Assembly: GCF_001194135.2 (NCBI RefSeq)
Contig: NC_068986.1
Span: 68,476,606 to 68,540,605, forward strand
Source of the DNA: Octopus bimaculoides
Lineage: Eukaryota
Direction of reading: 5' to 3'
DNA: 64,000 bases
Shown here: positions 14,640 to 27,075 of the stretch, piece after piece
Numbering within the stretch: the stretch's first letter is position 1
Layout: every line of letters begins with the position of its first letter
Notes under the pieces: model-generated
What the model was told of the DNA's origin: nothing
Seen by the model: only the letters and a program-made list of their open reading frames with translations
Database searches by the model: none
Program-made: the position numbers and the translations under genes

Positions 14640-15560
14640 AAACAACATGCATCATCCGATAGACATTTCAGTGTGTCTGTTTATTCCAAAGCATTAGGAA
14701 GTATTAGAAGAAAACATACACATGTAATAACTATGTGTTACACACACATGTATTAATATTACAGAAAAGAGCAAAAATCAGTTCCCTAAGGCCGCTTCTT
14801 CCAAGAGGCAACAAAATTTTCCATGCCATCTCTATCTCTTCAGCGTTCTGTAGGGATGGGCAGATAAAGTTTGGATAATGAGTGTGCCTCTAGGCTTCTT
14901 CAGAAGGTCTAAGTGGTTAAGAGTGCTAATACATATAATAAACAGTTAACAATAGGTACAGAATATTTGTCATTATTGTAAAGGGCAGAAAAAGAATAGG
15001 TGCAAACATGAGGCTGTGAGAGAAGTACAATTTACTAAAATGAATTAGGTGTAGGAAGGAGAAACAAGCTATACACTTCCCATGATGTAATCCAGGATCC
15101 ATGTTACTTCATCCAATGGTGGATAGGTGAGCATAGTCATTCTTGAGAGGAGTTATTAAGAAGGGCGAATTTAGGGAGTAGTTTGCATTATGTTTACATA
15201 GAAATTCACATTATGTTTACATAGAAATACAGTGGTGGATTTGAAGGTATGGTCCATGTTACAGAGGTGAAAGTTCATATGTAGAGTGCCAGCTAGTAGG
15301 TGCAACATTGCAGATGGTATGGCATAGGCAGCCTATGAGGGTGAACCCACCATGGGAAAATTTGGTATATAAGTGTACTAATGAGAGTAAGGAACCAGGT
15401 GGTGACTAAAGGGTGGTGTTAGTGTTTGTTATTTTTTTGCCGATCAACAAGTTTCTGAATCCCTATGTGTAGTGGGGTGGGGGTCATGGTCAGTCCTACA
15501 ACCTAATTGGTCAGCTATTTTTTTGAAAACCATGACGTGGTTCCAGTTCATTGATGGTTA
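14640..15560 (-). mobile_element. Possible decayed Penelope-like element
   Basis: GIY-YIG-like remnant (AYAIPS...AGTLHMNF...H) near 15340-15240 and two CTGAAGA hammerhead-like cores (14903-14897, 14843-14837) toward the 3' end; weak. Confidence 0.35.
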
Positions 15561-16081
15561 ACAGATAAGGTAAAAACAAATCAAATAAATATATAAACCA
15601 TTGCCAGTATGGGCAAATTAAAGAGCAAAATAGAATTAAAAACAAGTAAATAAGTGAGTAAGTGCAATAACTGAAATAAGACTACAGGAAGAGGATCCTA
15701 AAGGACAACATAAGGAAAATAAAAGAGTATAAACGTATAAAAATATAAACATATATCTATCTATCGGGGGAATCTACTGTATATGGTTAAACATAATATA
15801 GGAGCTGGATAGAAGATTCATTGTTGTCAGAAGGCAGAAGAAGGATTTCGTGAATAGGAATAAAATGGACCGGACCAGAAGGGTAGTGTTTGTTTTGCTA
15901 GCTTATAGTTATTCAGTGTCAAAACTTATGCTAGTAAAATATAGAATATTAGATATAAAGTATTAGAGGAATGGCACTGTGTATTAAAATTATTAAGTGT
16001 TTTATTTAAAAGGGGTAGTTTGAAGAAAATGTTTACATGGATATATATATATATAGTTTTAGGGAAAATAANNNNNNNNNN

Positions 16082-16128
<47 letters not shown>

Positions 16129-16519
16129 CTATCGGTAATTCTGTGTGTAGCTAAAGGGGGGAAACCCGAGTATTTCTAGCTCTCTCTTAATTAATTCCGC
16201 CAGTATTACACATGAAATTCAAAAAAGGTACCCAAGATTGTTGGAAAGCTGGTGGATAATCTTGTGGATGTCTTCCAATATGTGAGTTAGTGTTAACATA
16301 TTTAATACGTAAAGCATTAAGCAAACCTAATAAAAAATAATATGTAGTTAGAATAAAACAATATTAGTAACTGGCTAATATAGTTAATAACCCATGACAT
16401 GCTCCCATCTTGTCTTGACATCGCCACTGATCACGTTTCACTGTACCTGCCAAAACTATATCAATAGAGTTGTTTCCCCTGAATACAAGTTTTTTTTTTA
16501 TGCTGAATGAAAATTAATA

Positions 16520-16722
16520 TCAAGTTTTGGCACAAGGCCATCAAGTTTAGAGTGGGACTTAAGTCAATTACATCAACCTCAGTTCTCAACTGGTACTTAT
16601 TTTATCGACCCCAAAAGGATGAAAAACAAAGTCGGTCTTGGCAGAATTTGAACTCAGAACGTAAAGATGGATGAAATGCCACAAAGCATCTTGCCTGGTA
16701 TGCTAAGATTCTGCCAGCTCAG
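16520..16722 (-). mobile_element. SINE family B
   Basis: Reverse complement of GCTGGCAGAA...TTCTGAGTTCAAATT...CTTTCATCCTTT.GGGGTCGATAAA.TAAGTACCAG. Other copies: 18325-18540 +, 19718-19947 +, 37735-37880 +, 40275-40435 -, 44265-44447 +, 45480-45680 -, 46612-46820 +, 46855-47070 +, 52940-53075 -. Confidence 0.85.
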
Positions 16723-19396
16723 CTCTTTGTGCTGAATGAATATTGGTTTATAAGTCAATATAACATTATGTAAAATGTGATGACATAAAGATGCAGACGT
16801 GGCTGTGTGGTTAAAAAGTTTGTTATGCAGCCATGCAGTTCCAAGTTCAATCCCACTGTGTAACACCATAGCTGTCTTCTACTATAGTTTTGGATTGACC
16901 AATGCCTTGGGAGCACCTTCTTCCCCCTATGCTGTTCTCCATCTTTAACACCTCGCTTATCTGCTATGACTCTCATATCTACCACAAACCCCAACTCTGA
17001 GCCTCTCCATCATTTACTATAGTCACTTCTACCCTATTCAGTCACCTAAGCCAAACCTCTGTATCACTTCACCCATTTTGACCACTCCCAATTTCCCTCG
17101 ATGGCATTTCCTGACACATCTTTACCATCATCTCTTTCATTATCATACTCTCAATTTTACTCCCTAATTCATCCTCCTTTTCTTTCTAACTGGAGTATCC
17201 ATGTATCTACAGTAAGACAACTATTTCTGTCCCTCTATACTTTAATCTCTAAACTGGTACAGAGCAACAACTCCACTCCCAGTTGAAAGGTTTTTTGGCC
17301 TTTTGTCTCTCTCTTGTCTTGCAAGGTACCTGGTGACCTTATCAGTGCTGGTGCCACATAAAAGTACCCAGTACACTTTGTAAAGTGGTTGGCATTAGGA
17401 AGGGCATCCAGCTGTAGAAGCCATACCAAAACAGACAGTGATGCTTGGTATGACTCCTGGCCTTGCTAGCTCCTGAAAAATTGTCCAACCCATGCCAGAG
17501 TGGAAAATGAACATTAAGTGATGATGATGACAATGGTGTGTGTGTGTGTGCGTGCATTTGCATGTTTATGTTTACTACTGAAAATTGGTAGAAAGTCACT
17601 TTGTGCAAAAATTGTAACTTAACAGTGCAATAAAACAGAGATCAATAAAAGTAGTAGCAGACTGTAATAAGTACTGAGGTCAATATGATGTAAAACCTTG
17701 AAGGTAGTGGGCTTGCAAGATTACAGTCCAACAACTGCGACCAATAACAGAATAAGCTTTATTTGATTAAATATCATTAATGAAAATTCATTCTATCAAG
17801 ATGTATAAAAAGTCAAGTCGATCTTATTAATGTCAAACTAGTGTAGTGAAATAAGTAAATGTAGGAATCAAAATCAACTGGCAGCTATGACTAGCCAAGA
17901 GTTTATTTTATTCTAGTTTTTTAGTGTCTGTTGGAACTCATTGTCAGGCAAGTTAGCCAGCAGATTTTCATGGTTATTGTTGTTGTTTAGCTCAGATAAA
18001 ACAGACCTATGATAAAATATGTTTAAGCCATAGTCATCGCATATTTATACAGACATAGTGTAGCTAGGATTGCATTATACTAAATTTCTTTCCTATTTTA
18101 AGATAGTAGGATATATATAAGTGGAGATTTAGCTGCTGTTTCTAGCAGATAGTGTAGTGAGAAGAAGAGTAGCCTGCTCTTTTGCAGACAGTATGTCCTC
18201 CAAGAATGTTTCAGCTTCCTTAGCAAATTATAATTGCCTCATGTCAGCCAGGTCAGTGGACACAAAGAATTATATACTACATATGCTGGTATAACATACC
18301 AATATCAAAACGTAGGAAGGTGGCATACCAGCAGAATCATTAGCACACTGGGGAAAATGCATAGCAGCATTTCATCTGCCTTTATGTTCTGAGTTCAAAT
18401 TCTGCTGAAGTTGACTTTGCCTTTCATCCTTTTGAGGTGGATAAAATAAGCATCAGTTGAGAAATGGGATTTATGTAATTGACTTACCTGCTTCTCCAAA
18501 ATTACTGGCCTTGTGTCAAAATTTGAAACCAATATTAAAACTTAAGAAAATAACTCGGAAATTTCATGCATTTTAATGTAGAGATTGTGATAATTATAAT
18601 TAATCATTGTTGAACCATATGATTCTGAAAACAAGGAAGACAACTTATGATTTAAACTCAGAACTTTTAAGGACTAAACAAAGCACTGTAAAATATTTAG
18701 CTCAGTGGTTTCAACTATCTCCACTACCTTCATCAATTATCAAGGAAGCTTTTACATATTTGCTTAGCCTGCAAAAAATAGAATCCAAATTTCCTTCATC
18801 TCACACTTTATCATATTAGAGGGGATGGACACATTGCGTAATATAATCCTGAGTACATTATATGTGAGAAAAACAATAACTTTGTCATGACTCAAATGCT
18901 TTTGGTGAGCTGTGGGCTGAAAATATGAGTCAGATTCTAAGTCAGATTCTATCATCTAAGAAAGGAGGACATGTTTGTTAATGTAGTCCTAGTAATCATA
19001 TGCTGAAAGACAAATAGTGAAGGTTAAAAAAAAACAAAAAACCTTTGCTTATAGGAAAATGACACCAAAGTTATTAATGAAGTTGGCTAAAAAAAAAAAA
19101 ACCTCATTTGGCAAGGAAAGTTCAAAATAATTGGCACATTGAGGGGAATTTGAAAACTGTTACATCATCATCATTTTAATGTCCACTTTTCCATGCTTGC
19201 ATGGGGTGGATAGAATTTGTTGAGGTGGATTTTCTACAGTCAGATGTCCTGTTACTAACCTTCACTTGTTTCCAAGTAAGACATTTCCCCATAACCAGAC
19301 AGGTTTTCAAAGAACATTGGAAACAAAGGACATTGTTTGCACAGCAATGACACTTTACAACCATCACATGATGTCAAAGCAAGGATACAGTATCTT

Positions 19397-19427
<31 letters not shown>

Positions 19428-19428
<1 letters not shown>

Positions 19429-19975
19429 AGGTGAAGGTGAGTGGCTTATTGGTTAAGGTATTTGGCTCATGGTTGCAAGGATGTGTGTTTGATTCCCAGT
19501 GGCATACTGTGCCATTGAGCAAGACATTTTATTCTACATTGCTCCATTTGCCTCAGCTAGCAAAAATGTGTAGTACCTGCATTTCAAAGGGACTGCCTTG
19601 TCACACCCTATATCACACCGAATCTCCTTGAGAACTATGCTAAGGGTACAAGTGTCTGTGGAGTATTCATCTACTTGCATATAACTTCATAAGTAGGCTG
19701 TTCCATAGATTGGATCAGCGGCTAGCTGGCAGAAATGTTAGCACGCTGGGCGAAGTGCTTAGCAGTATTTTGTCTGCCGTTACTACGTTCTGAGTTCAAA
19801 TTCCGCCGAGGTCGACTTTGCCTTTCATCCTTTCGGGATCAACAAATTAAGTACCAGTTACGCACTGGGGTCGATGTAATCAGCTTCATCCTTTTGTCTG
19901 TCCTTGTTTGTCCACTGTGTTTAGCCTTTTGTGGGCAATAAAGAAATGATTGGATAAGCTGGAACTGATGGAGTG
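19428..19975 (+). mobile_element. tRNA-headed SINE interrupted by a nested family B SINE (19718-19947)
   Basis: Host has a head like 34404 and a 3' part like 60748-61133. The insert is flanked by GATTGGAT duplications at 19708-19715 and 19948-19955. Confidence 0.8.
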
Positions 19976-20399
19976 CCAGTATTCATATATAAAAAATAAG
20001 TCTTGAGGGGTCAATTTGTATGACTAAAATCCCTCAAGGAGGTGCTCCAGCATGGCCACAGTCAAATGACTGAAACAAGTAAAAGAATAAAAGAATGCAC
20101 ACACACACTCATGATACTATGTGATATGAAACTTCACATGCTAGTTCAATGTTGGCTGTTTCATGCACTGCAAACAGACCTTGGAGTAGCACAAGCAGTG
20201 TACGGAAAAGGAGCAGGAAGGACTCTTGTAGCTGGTTTAATATGCATCGAAGTCATAGTTGCTTATAATTACCCAAACTGCCTCTCAGATAGCATCAGAC
20301 TTACTGCTAATACTTGATGGGACATGAGGTGTTAGTAATATAGTTCCACTGAAAACCATATTAACTTCATTTTCACAATGACTATACTTACCTTTTATC

Positions 20400-21131
20400 T
20401 TTTACTTGTTTCACTCATTAGACTGTGGCCATGCTGGGGCACTACCTTAAGGAGTTTTAGTTGAACTAACCGACCCCAGTACTTATTTTCTTCTAAACCT
20501 AGTGCTTATTTTATTGATATCTTTTGCCAAACTGCTAAGTTACAAGGATGTAAACAAACCAACACCAGTTGTCAAGCATCAGTGGGGACAAATACAAACA
20601 GAAAGACACACACATACATATATATACAATGATCTTCTTTCAGTTTCCATCTACTAAACCCATTCACAAGGCTTTGGTTGGCCTAAGACTGTGGTAGAAG
20701 ACACTTGACCGAGGTGTCACACAGTGGGACTGTAATTTGAACCATGTGGTTGGGAAGCAAGCTTCCAACCACAAAGCCATGCCTGCACCTATATTAATTA
20801 TGATTCTAACATTCCTCTCACCTCTAGTAATCTAGGTAACAAAAATTCATTGGCCATTTTAGCCTCTCAGCAATTTCAAAAGAAATACGTATTTCAGCGT
20901 AATTTCTATTTTGACTAAATAGATGATCTACATTATATTTCTTCATTTACTTTATTTTCGTTCACAATATACATGGTGTGGCAATATGGTAAGAAGTTTG
21001 TTACCCAACCACATGGTTCCAAGTTCAATCCCTTGCATGGTTCCTTGGTGAAGTGTCTTCTACTATAGTCCCAGACCAACCAATGCCTTGTGAATGGATT
21101 TGGTAGATGGAAACTGAAAGCCAGTTGTGTA

Positions 21132-21166
<35 letters not shown>

Positions 21167-21815
21167 ATGTATGTATATATACATATAAATATATATGTAT
21201 GTATCTGTGTATGTGTGTGTATGCATCTTTGTGTTTGATCCCCACCACCACCACTTGACAATCAGTGTTGTTTTGTTTAACATCAACCTAAATTAGTGGT
21301 TTGGTAAAAGAGAGTGACTTATTTCTCATTTGTACACAATACAGGCACAGGAGTGGTTTGCTTCTCAACCACATGGTTCCAGGTTCAGTCCCACTGTGTG
21401 GCACCTTGGGCAAGTGTCTTCTACTATAGCCTCAGGCCAACCAAAGCCTTGTGAGAGGATTTGATAGATGGAAACTGAAAGAAGCCCATCGTATATATGT
21501 GTGTGTGTGTGTTTGTCCCCCCCCCCCATCGCTCGACAACCAATGCTGGTGTGTTTACATCTCCATAACTTAGCAGTTTGGGAATAAAGACTGAGACAAT
21601 AATTACTGGGCTTACAAAGAATAAGTACTGGGGTCGATTTGTTCGACTAAAGGCGGTGCTCCAGCATGGCCACAATCAAATGACTGAAACAAGTAAAAGA
21701 ATAAATTTGTTATTATTATTATTAAAAATAAGTACTGGGATCAATTTCTTCAACTAAATCATTCAAGGAAGTACTCCAGTATGGCCACAGTCCAATGACT
21801 GAAACACGTAAAAGA
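20400..21815. mobile_element. Cluster of SINE family A copies (- 20400-20790; + 20975-21310; + 21343-21705; + tail 21725-21815)
   Basis: Repeated family A head, body and tail motifs. Confidence 0.8.
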
Positions 21816-21838
21816 TAAGAAATAATATTGATATTAAT

Positions 21839-22128
21839 TGCAGCATGGTAGGTGTTTATAAGCCATTTAAAATAATACACAAAAGCCGTCAGATTCACTT
21901 CAACATTTAAATTTAATTTGTCAAAATATTTTCGTCACTTTGAGACCGCGACCTGTTCACTGACAAAATTCTGTGCTGCACAGGTCAAATTAAATTTAAA
22001 TGTTGAAGTGAATCTGACGGCTTTTGTGTGTTATTTTAAATGGCTTATAAACACCTACCACGCTGCATTTGTTTTCGTTCCAGCACACGATCTCAGATCA
22101 GGTAACTTGCTATGCAAGTACATCTCCG
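21839..22128. mobile_element. MITE-like element with an 82 bp near-perfect inverted repeat
   Basis: 21839-21920 vs 21986-22067, 2 mismatches. Small stem-loop ACTTGC-TAT-GCAAGT near the right end; right terminus CATCTCCG|TA. Confidence 0.8.
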
Positions 22129-22794
22129 TAATATTGATATCATCAAATCTTAATTAACTTTATTCAATTTTTTATTGTTGTCTAATTTTTTTGATCAACT
22201 ATTTTGCATTTGACTGACTTGTAAATTATGTTTTGATATCTGTAAATAAAAAGTACAGCATCATTTCATCAATTCTTCCACTTGGAGTATGCCTATCAGT
22301 CTATATTGTAAACACCTGTGGGTAGATGCCATTTTTTCTACCAAAAAGTGAAAATATATCTTGTTGAAACTAATAGTGCATTTTCCATGACTCATTATCC
22401 ATTTTAAAAAATTAAGAATACTTCTTAAAAATTTAAGCTATGATTTTTAAGGCACTTACAAATGAAAGACCAAAAGTGAAGAACAAAAGAAAAAGTTCAC
22501 ATGACTGAAACTGAAGAAATAGATTTTAATGAAATTAAATACACACACACATGTATGTATATATGTATAAATATGTACGTGTGTGTATATATATATGTAT
22601 ATGTGTGTACGTATATATACGTACATGTGTGTGTGTGTGGATTTGGTGATGCAAACAGGAAAATAGAACTCAAAACATGTATATATATTTTTTTATTATC
22701 AATAATCTGTAGAGTGACTGAAGGGCTGAGAGTTTCAAGCATTGGCACTTGAGCTTAAAAATACGTATATATTATTTACACACATATATTTACA

Positions 22795-24339
22795 TTTTAC
22801 TTGTTTCAGTCATTTAACTGTGGCTATGCTGGGGAACCACCTTGAAGGTTTTTTTTTTTGTTGAACAAATTGACCCCAGGATTTATTCTAAGTCTAATAC
22901 TTATTCTATTGGTCTTTTTACTGAACCGCTAAGTTATGAGGACATGAAGATACCAACACCAGCTGTCAAGCAGTGGTGGGGTGACAAACACAAAGATACA
23001 CATATATTATTACTGGCTTCTTTCAGTTTGCATCTATGAAATCCACTCATAAGGCTTTGATATCCAAGAAGACACTTGCCCAAGGTGCCAAGCTGTGGGA
23101 CTAGTTTCTGATTGAAAGCAAGTCCAGTGTGCAAATCAATGAATAAATCTGGTACAAGCTTTTCAAACCTGTAAAAATAGAAAAAGATACAAATTGGTCT
23201 GCTCAGTCAGTTCAAACCTGTCCCAAACAATTCCTGTTTAATATATTTTTAGCATTAATTCTGTAAATGTTTATAAACTCGCTATAATATGGAAACATTA
23301 TCTTGACAACTGCTGTTCAAGGGATTGAAGTTTCAATAATTTAGACATAATGTCAACTATGAAAGATCTCATTGCTAAATCCCCCAAAATATTTCTAACA
23401 CTTTTTCTACATGTAAACTTATTGATATGCTTGGTTATACTTTACTATGCTGATGAGGTCTAACAGAATCAAATAAGTCCATTGTTGTCTGTTGATTGAA
23501 AACAAGGATCAGATTTGCCCTTAGGTTGTAAATTAACTTTGAGAAATTAATTTTCAATTTATTGAAATTACGTCTCTTTCCCCTAACTTTTATGAGTCAA
23601 TTAATTACCATTAGATTTTTGGTTTCTTTCTTCAACTCTAATGCAAATTTCAATTCAGAATTTTTGGAGACATTACCTAGCTTAGCTAAATTCACACTTG
23701 ACCTATATGAGTTATTTCCCTTCCTTGAAATTAAAACTATGCCAAATCAGATCGGAACCTGGTGCAGCTCCCAGCTTTCAGTCAAACCGTCCAACCCATG
23801 CCAGCATGGAAAACGGACGTTGAATGACGATGAAAAGTATATAAATGTTTTATTCGATGATCAGGTGATGCATGGAATTTTTTAAAATATTTTTACTTGA
23901 CAGCATACCTACACAAGTGTGTCCCTACCCACCGATTTTGTTTCTTCATAACTTTCAGAAAACGGATATTTTTTAATGAAATTTTCTACAAATATCCATT
24001 TTTTTTTTAAAGTAATGACTCATGTGAATTTTCCGAAACTCCTCTCTCCATCCATGACAAAAGTTCTTCACAAATTCCGATATAGTCGGAATCTACACGA
24101 TCTGAAACGTATTTATCTTTTACTTATTTCAGTCTTTAGACTGTAACCATGCTGGGGCACCACCTTGAAGAACTGTTAATAAAATGAATTAACCACAGTA
24201 CTTATTTTTAAAGCCTGGTACTTATTCAATCGGTCTTTTTTTGCCGAATCACTGTTATGGGAACGTAAACACACCAACACCGGTTGTCAAGTGGTGGCGG
24301 GGGACAAATAGACACAATTGTACACACCCACACACATAC

Positions 24340-24394
<55 letters not shown>

Positions 24395-24470
24395 TTTATA
24401 CACACACACACACACACACAACAGGCTTCTTTCACTATCCTTCTACCAAATCCATTCACAAGGTTTTGAC
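22795..24470 (-). mobile_element. SINE family A copies (22795-23100, 24120-24470) plus family C fragment (23740-23832, +) and an inverted-repeat relic (23938-23985 / 24473-24522)
   Basis: Alignment by eye to the other copies in the window. Confidence 0.7.
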
Positions 24471-24959
24471 TGATAATTTCATTAAAAAAAAAAAAAATTT
24501 TTTTAGAAGTATGAGGAAACAACGTTGTGTAAGAATGCCATTAGAAAATAATATACGCAATTCTGAGAAAGGTATGGATAGAAATGGATATATCAGAGAA
24601 TTACAAGGTATATTAAATGTCCCAAATTTCGGAGCACAGAATCCCTTAAAGTTTTCCAAAAGAATTCCTAAAACGCTTAAAAAGAAACCTGTTGCCAATA
24701 GTTCGTATCAAAAATGATGTCTGAGTAAAGCAAAAGTTAATATAATGGTGATTATGTGTTGTGAATAACAATCATATCTCTGCCATCATATAATTGTTTC
24801 CATTTCTACACAAACCAAATCCCTTGTCAAGCAAATTTAACTTCGATGAAAAAAAAAAAACTTCCGTTTATTCAAAAAGCAGGCCATCAGTTTCCCTAGA
24901 ACTTTTATATCAAATAATACGGATATCAAACATATTTTAGTGCTTCTAAATTTGCCATA

Positions 24960-25280
24960 CTCTTAGTCGTTGACGAATTACCTGTATAGTAAACGGAACG
25001 ATGTCAACCCGTTACAGTGGTCATTCATTTGAAAGATGCTGAAATTGACAAAAACTTAGGAGGGAGTCTAGAAAAAGTCTGTTGCCGAAAGTAACGAGCG
25101 TGAGGAAAAGTATCGCGAGTATTAGTTACAACGATAACAATTGGTTAGTTTTAGCAGAGTTATGACGTCATTTCTAAATTAGACCAATCAGCATTTAGTT
25201 TACATGTAGACATTAGTATATTACAGCGCGGATTGTATGAAAAGTAAATGTCCCGAATGAGGTGACAATTATATTAAAAG
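24960..25280. promoter_or_regulatory. Probable NCAPH2 promoter and non-coding first exon; possibly bidirectional
   Basis: Local CpG enrichment in an AT-rich background. ATTGG 25140-25144, TGACGTCA (CRE) 25163-25170, GACCAATCAGC (NF-Y-type CCAAT) 25182-25192. Plus-strand donor AAG|gtattt at 25280/25281 and minus-strand donor CAG|gtaatt at 24982. Coding exon 1 has an acceptor upstream of its ATG, so an upstream UTR exon is required. Confidence 0.6.
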
Positions 25281-26837
25281 GTATTTGTTTATATTTAAAA
25301 CTTGAGCAAAACTACTCTTGATCTTGCTGTATTTCATTTGCCTTATTGAAAATGTAATTTTTGTTAATTTTCAGTCTTTCGTGTGACATTCATTTCATAT
25401 TGTTTTTCGTAATAAATGAAAGAGAGGTTGTTTATATCACGATGTTGAGAATTAAGGAAAAACTTAATATAATTTTGCAAAGCATAACAATAATAATCGT
25501 GAAACATAATTGCTAATATTTACTGACTATGTTGTTAATACGATTCATTATTTTTTAAACTTTGATTTCCTTGTTTTCCCTATCAATTATTATTTTAAAT
25601 GTTTGTAGTGTAAGACCTTGTGTTTAGCAATAAATAAAATAAAGGAAGTAACTCGAAAAAGCAACTTTCCAGTTTATATATTTCTTATATTCCCTCCGAC
25701 GGACTTTCAGCTATTGCAGAAGTCCACTTTGTCTTTATTAACTTGCACGCAAACTGTTATGATCTCAGTTGGTGTATTTCAAGTTTCATTCAGTGTCATT
25801 TTCATGATCTACTTGATTGTTGAGCTAGCTAAGCTTATCTTTAGTAATATATTGTCCTTATTTATTTACCACTTGCCAACCTAGACGGTCAAGTGGATAC
25901 AGCACTGGTTTATTAACTTCCAGATATCGACTTCACATCCACTGTTGGCTTTTGTGTATTTACACAGAGCATTGTCTCGTAGACATTTGTTTCACTTCAA
26001 AGCAAACACCATCCTGTCATATTCTTAATCATCACAAGTAGGAAAAGTTTTTAACTTAGAACCATTATTACATTCTCACCTCTGAATGGTGCACATTAAA
26101 AAAAATTGCTCCAGATGAAATAGAAAAGTGCCATCGTGGTATTAGTGGAAATAAACAAGGACACTATACAAATATTATTCCCATTTTATGTCTTATAAAT
26201 TAAGTGTACCCTCCAAATGCAAAAATGAGGTGTTTGCAATAAGTTTGATGAAGAAGTAAGATGAAACTGGAAATGAAAGAATTGTTGGAAGATGTTTTTA
26301 ACACCCTCCAGCATAGCAGCGTCTTGGAGATATATGACATGTAATATACATTGTCTTGATTGTCCACTGCATACAAACAGTTAAGGGCTCCAAAGCATTA
26401 GGGTATCGGTCATCCTCTGACTACTAAATAAAAGAATGATTTATTGACAGTGCGATGCATTATATATCAATAACTACCATAATGGTGCAGATGTAGAGGC
26501 TGCAAAAGGTTTAATACAAGATTGGTTTGCATAGCTAGTTCTAAACCAAGTCAACCAATATCTGTGTTATGTTCATTTTTCGATGCTGGCATAAGTTAGA
26601 TAAGTTTGCAGTACCATAGACTACATGTTACAGTCCTATATCATGTTTTCTTCGAGGTGCAGTGCCCTCAGGTTTGCTCAGATTACTTCTTTGCATATCT
26701 CCCTTTGTCTGCTCCTATATGCATTCAGAGCATCAAGATTCAAAATTATGTCCAACAATAAAATATTACAGACGGAAATTTATTAGTGTTATAGAAGAGG
26801 TAGCAAAGACTCCTGTCATTTCTTGAAAGTTCCTTCA

Positions 26838-27075
26838 TCATCATCATCATCATCATCATCATCGTTTAACGTCCGCTTTCCATGCTAGCATGGGTTGGAC
26901 GATTTGACTGAGGACTGGTGAAACCGGATGGCAACACCAGGCTCCAGTCTGATTTGGCAGAGTTTCTACAGCTGGATGCCCTTCCTAACGCCAACCACTC
27001 GGAGAGTGTAGTGGGTGCTTTTACGTGTCACCCGCACGAAAACGGCCACGCTCGAAATGGTGTCTTTTATGTGCC
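26838..27075 (-). mobile_element. Repeat family C (RTE 3' tail type), young copy truncated by a gap
   Basis: (CAT)n then GTTTAACGTCCGCTTTCCATGCTAGCATGGGTTGGACG...GCTGGATGCCCTTCCTAACGCCAACCAC. About 20 further copies, e.g. 1940-2062, 17300-17530, 28345-28510, 31680-31885, 34830-35075, 41010-41245, 41980-42140, 43465-43700, 45085-45270, 52326-52600, 61370-61575, 62430-62590, 63885-64000. Confidence 0.85.

Noticed and set aside
3043-15250. Short tandem duplications (21 bp near 3043-3083; 23 bp near 15206-15248)
   Set aside because: Ordinary slippage-type duplications with no further structure.
23040-23168. Strong minus-strand acceptor at 23168 with an open frame (FEKLVPDLFIDLHTGLAFNQKL)
   Set aside because: It runs into a SINE with no convincing donor, so it was not added to the candidate divergent gene.
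1406-25000. LMF2 as the left neighbour (human synteny)
   Set aside because: No LMF2-like peptide was recognised in the minus-strand candidates.
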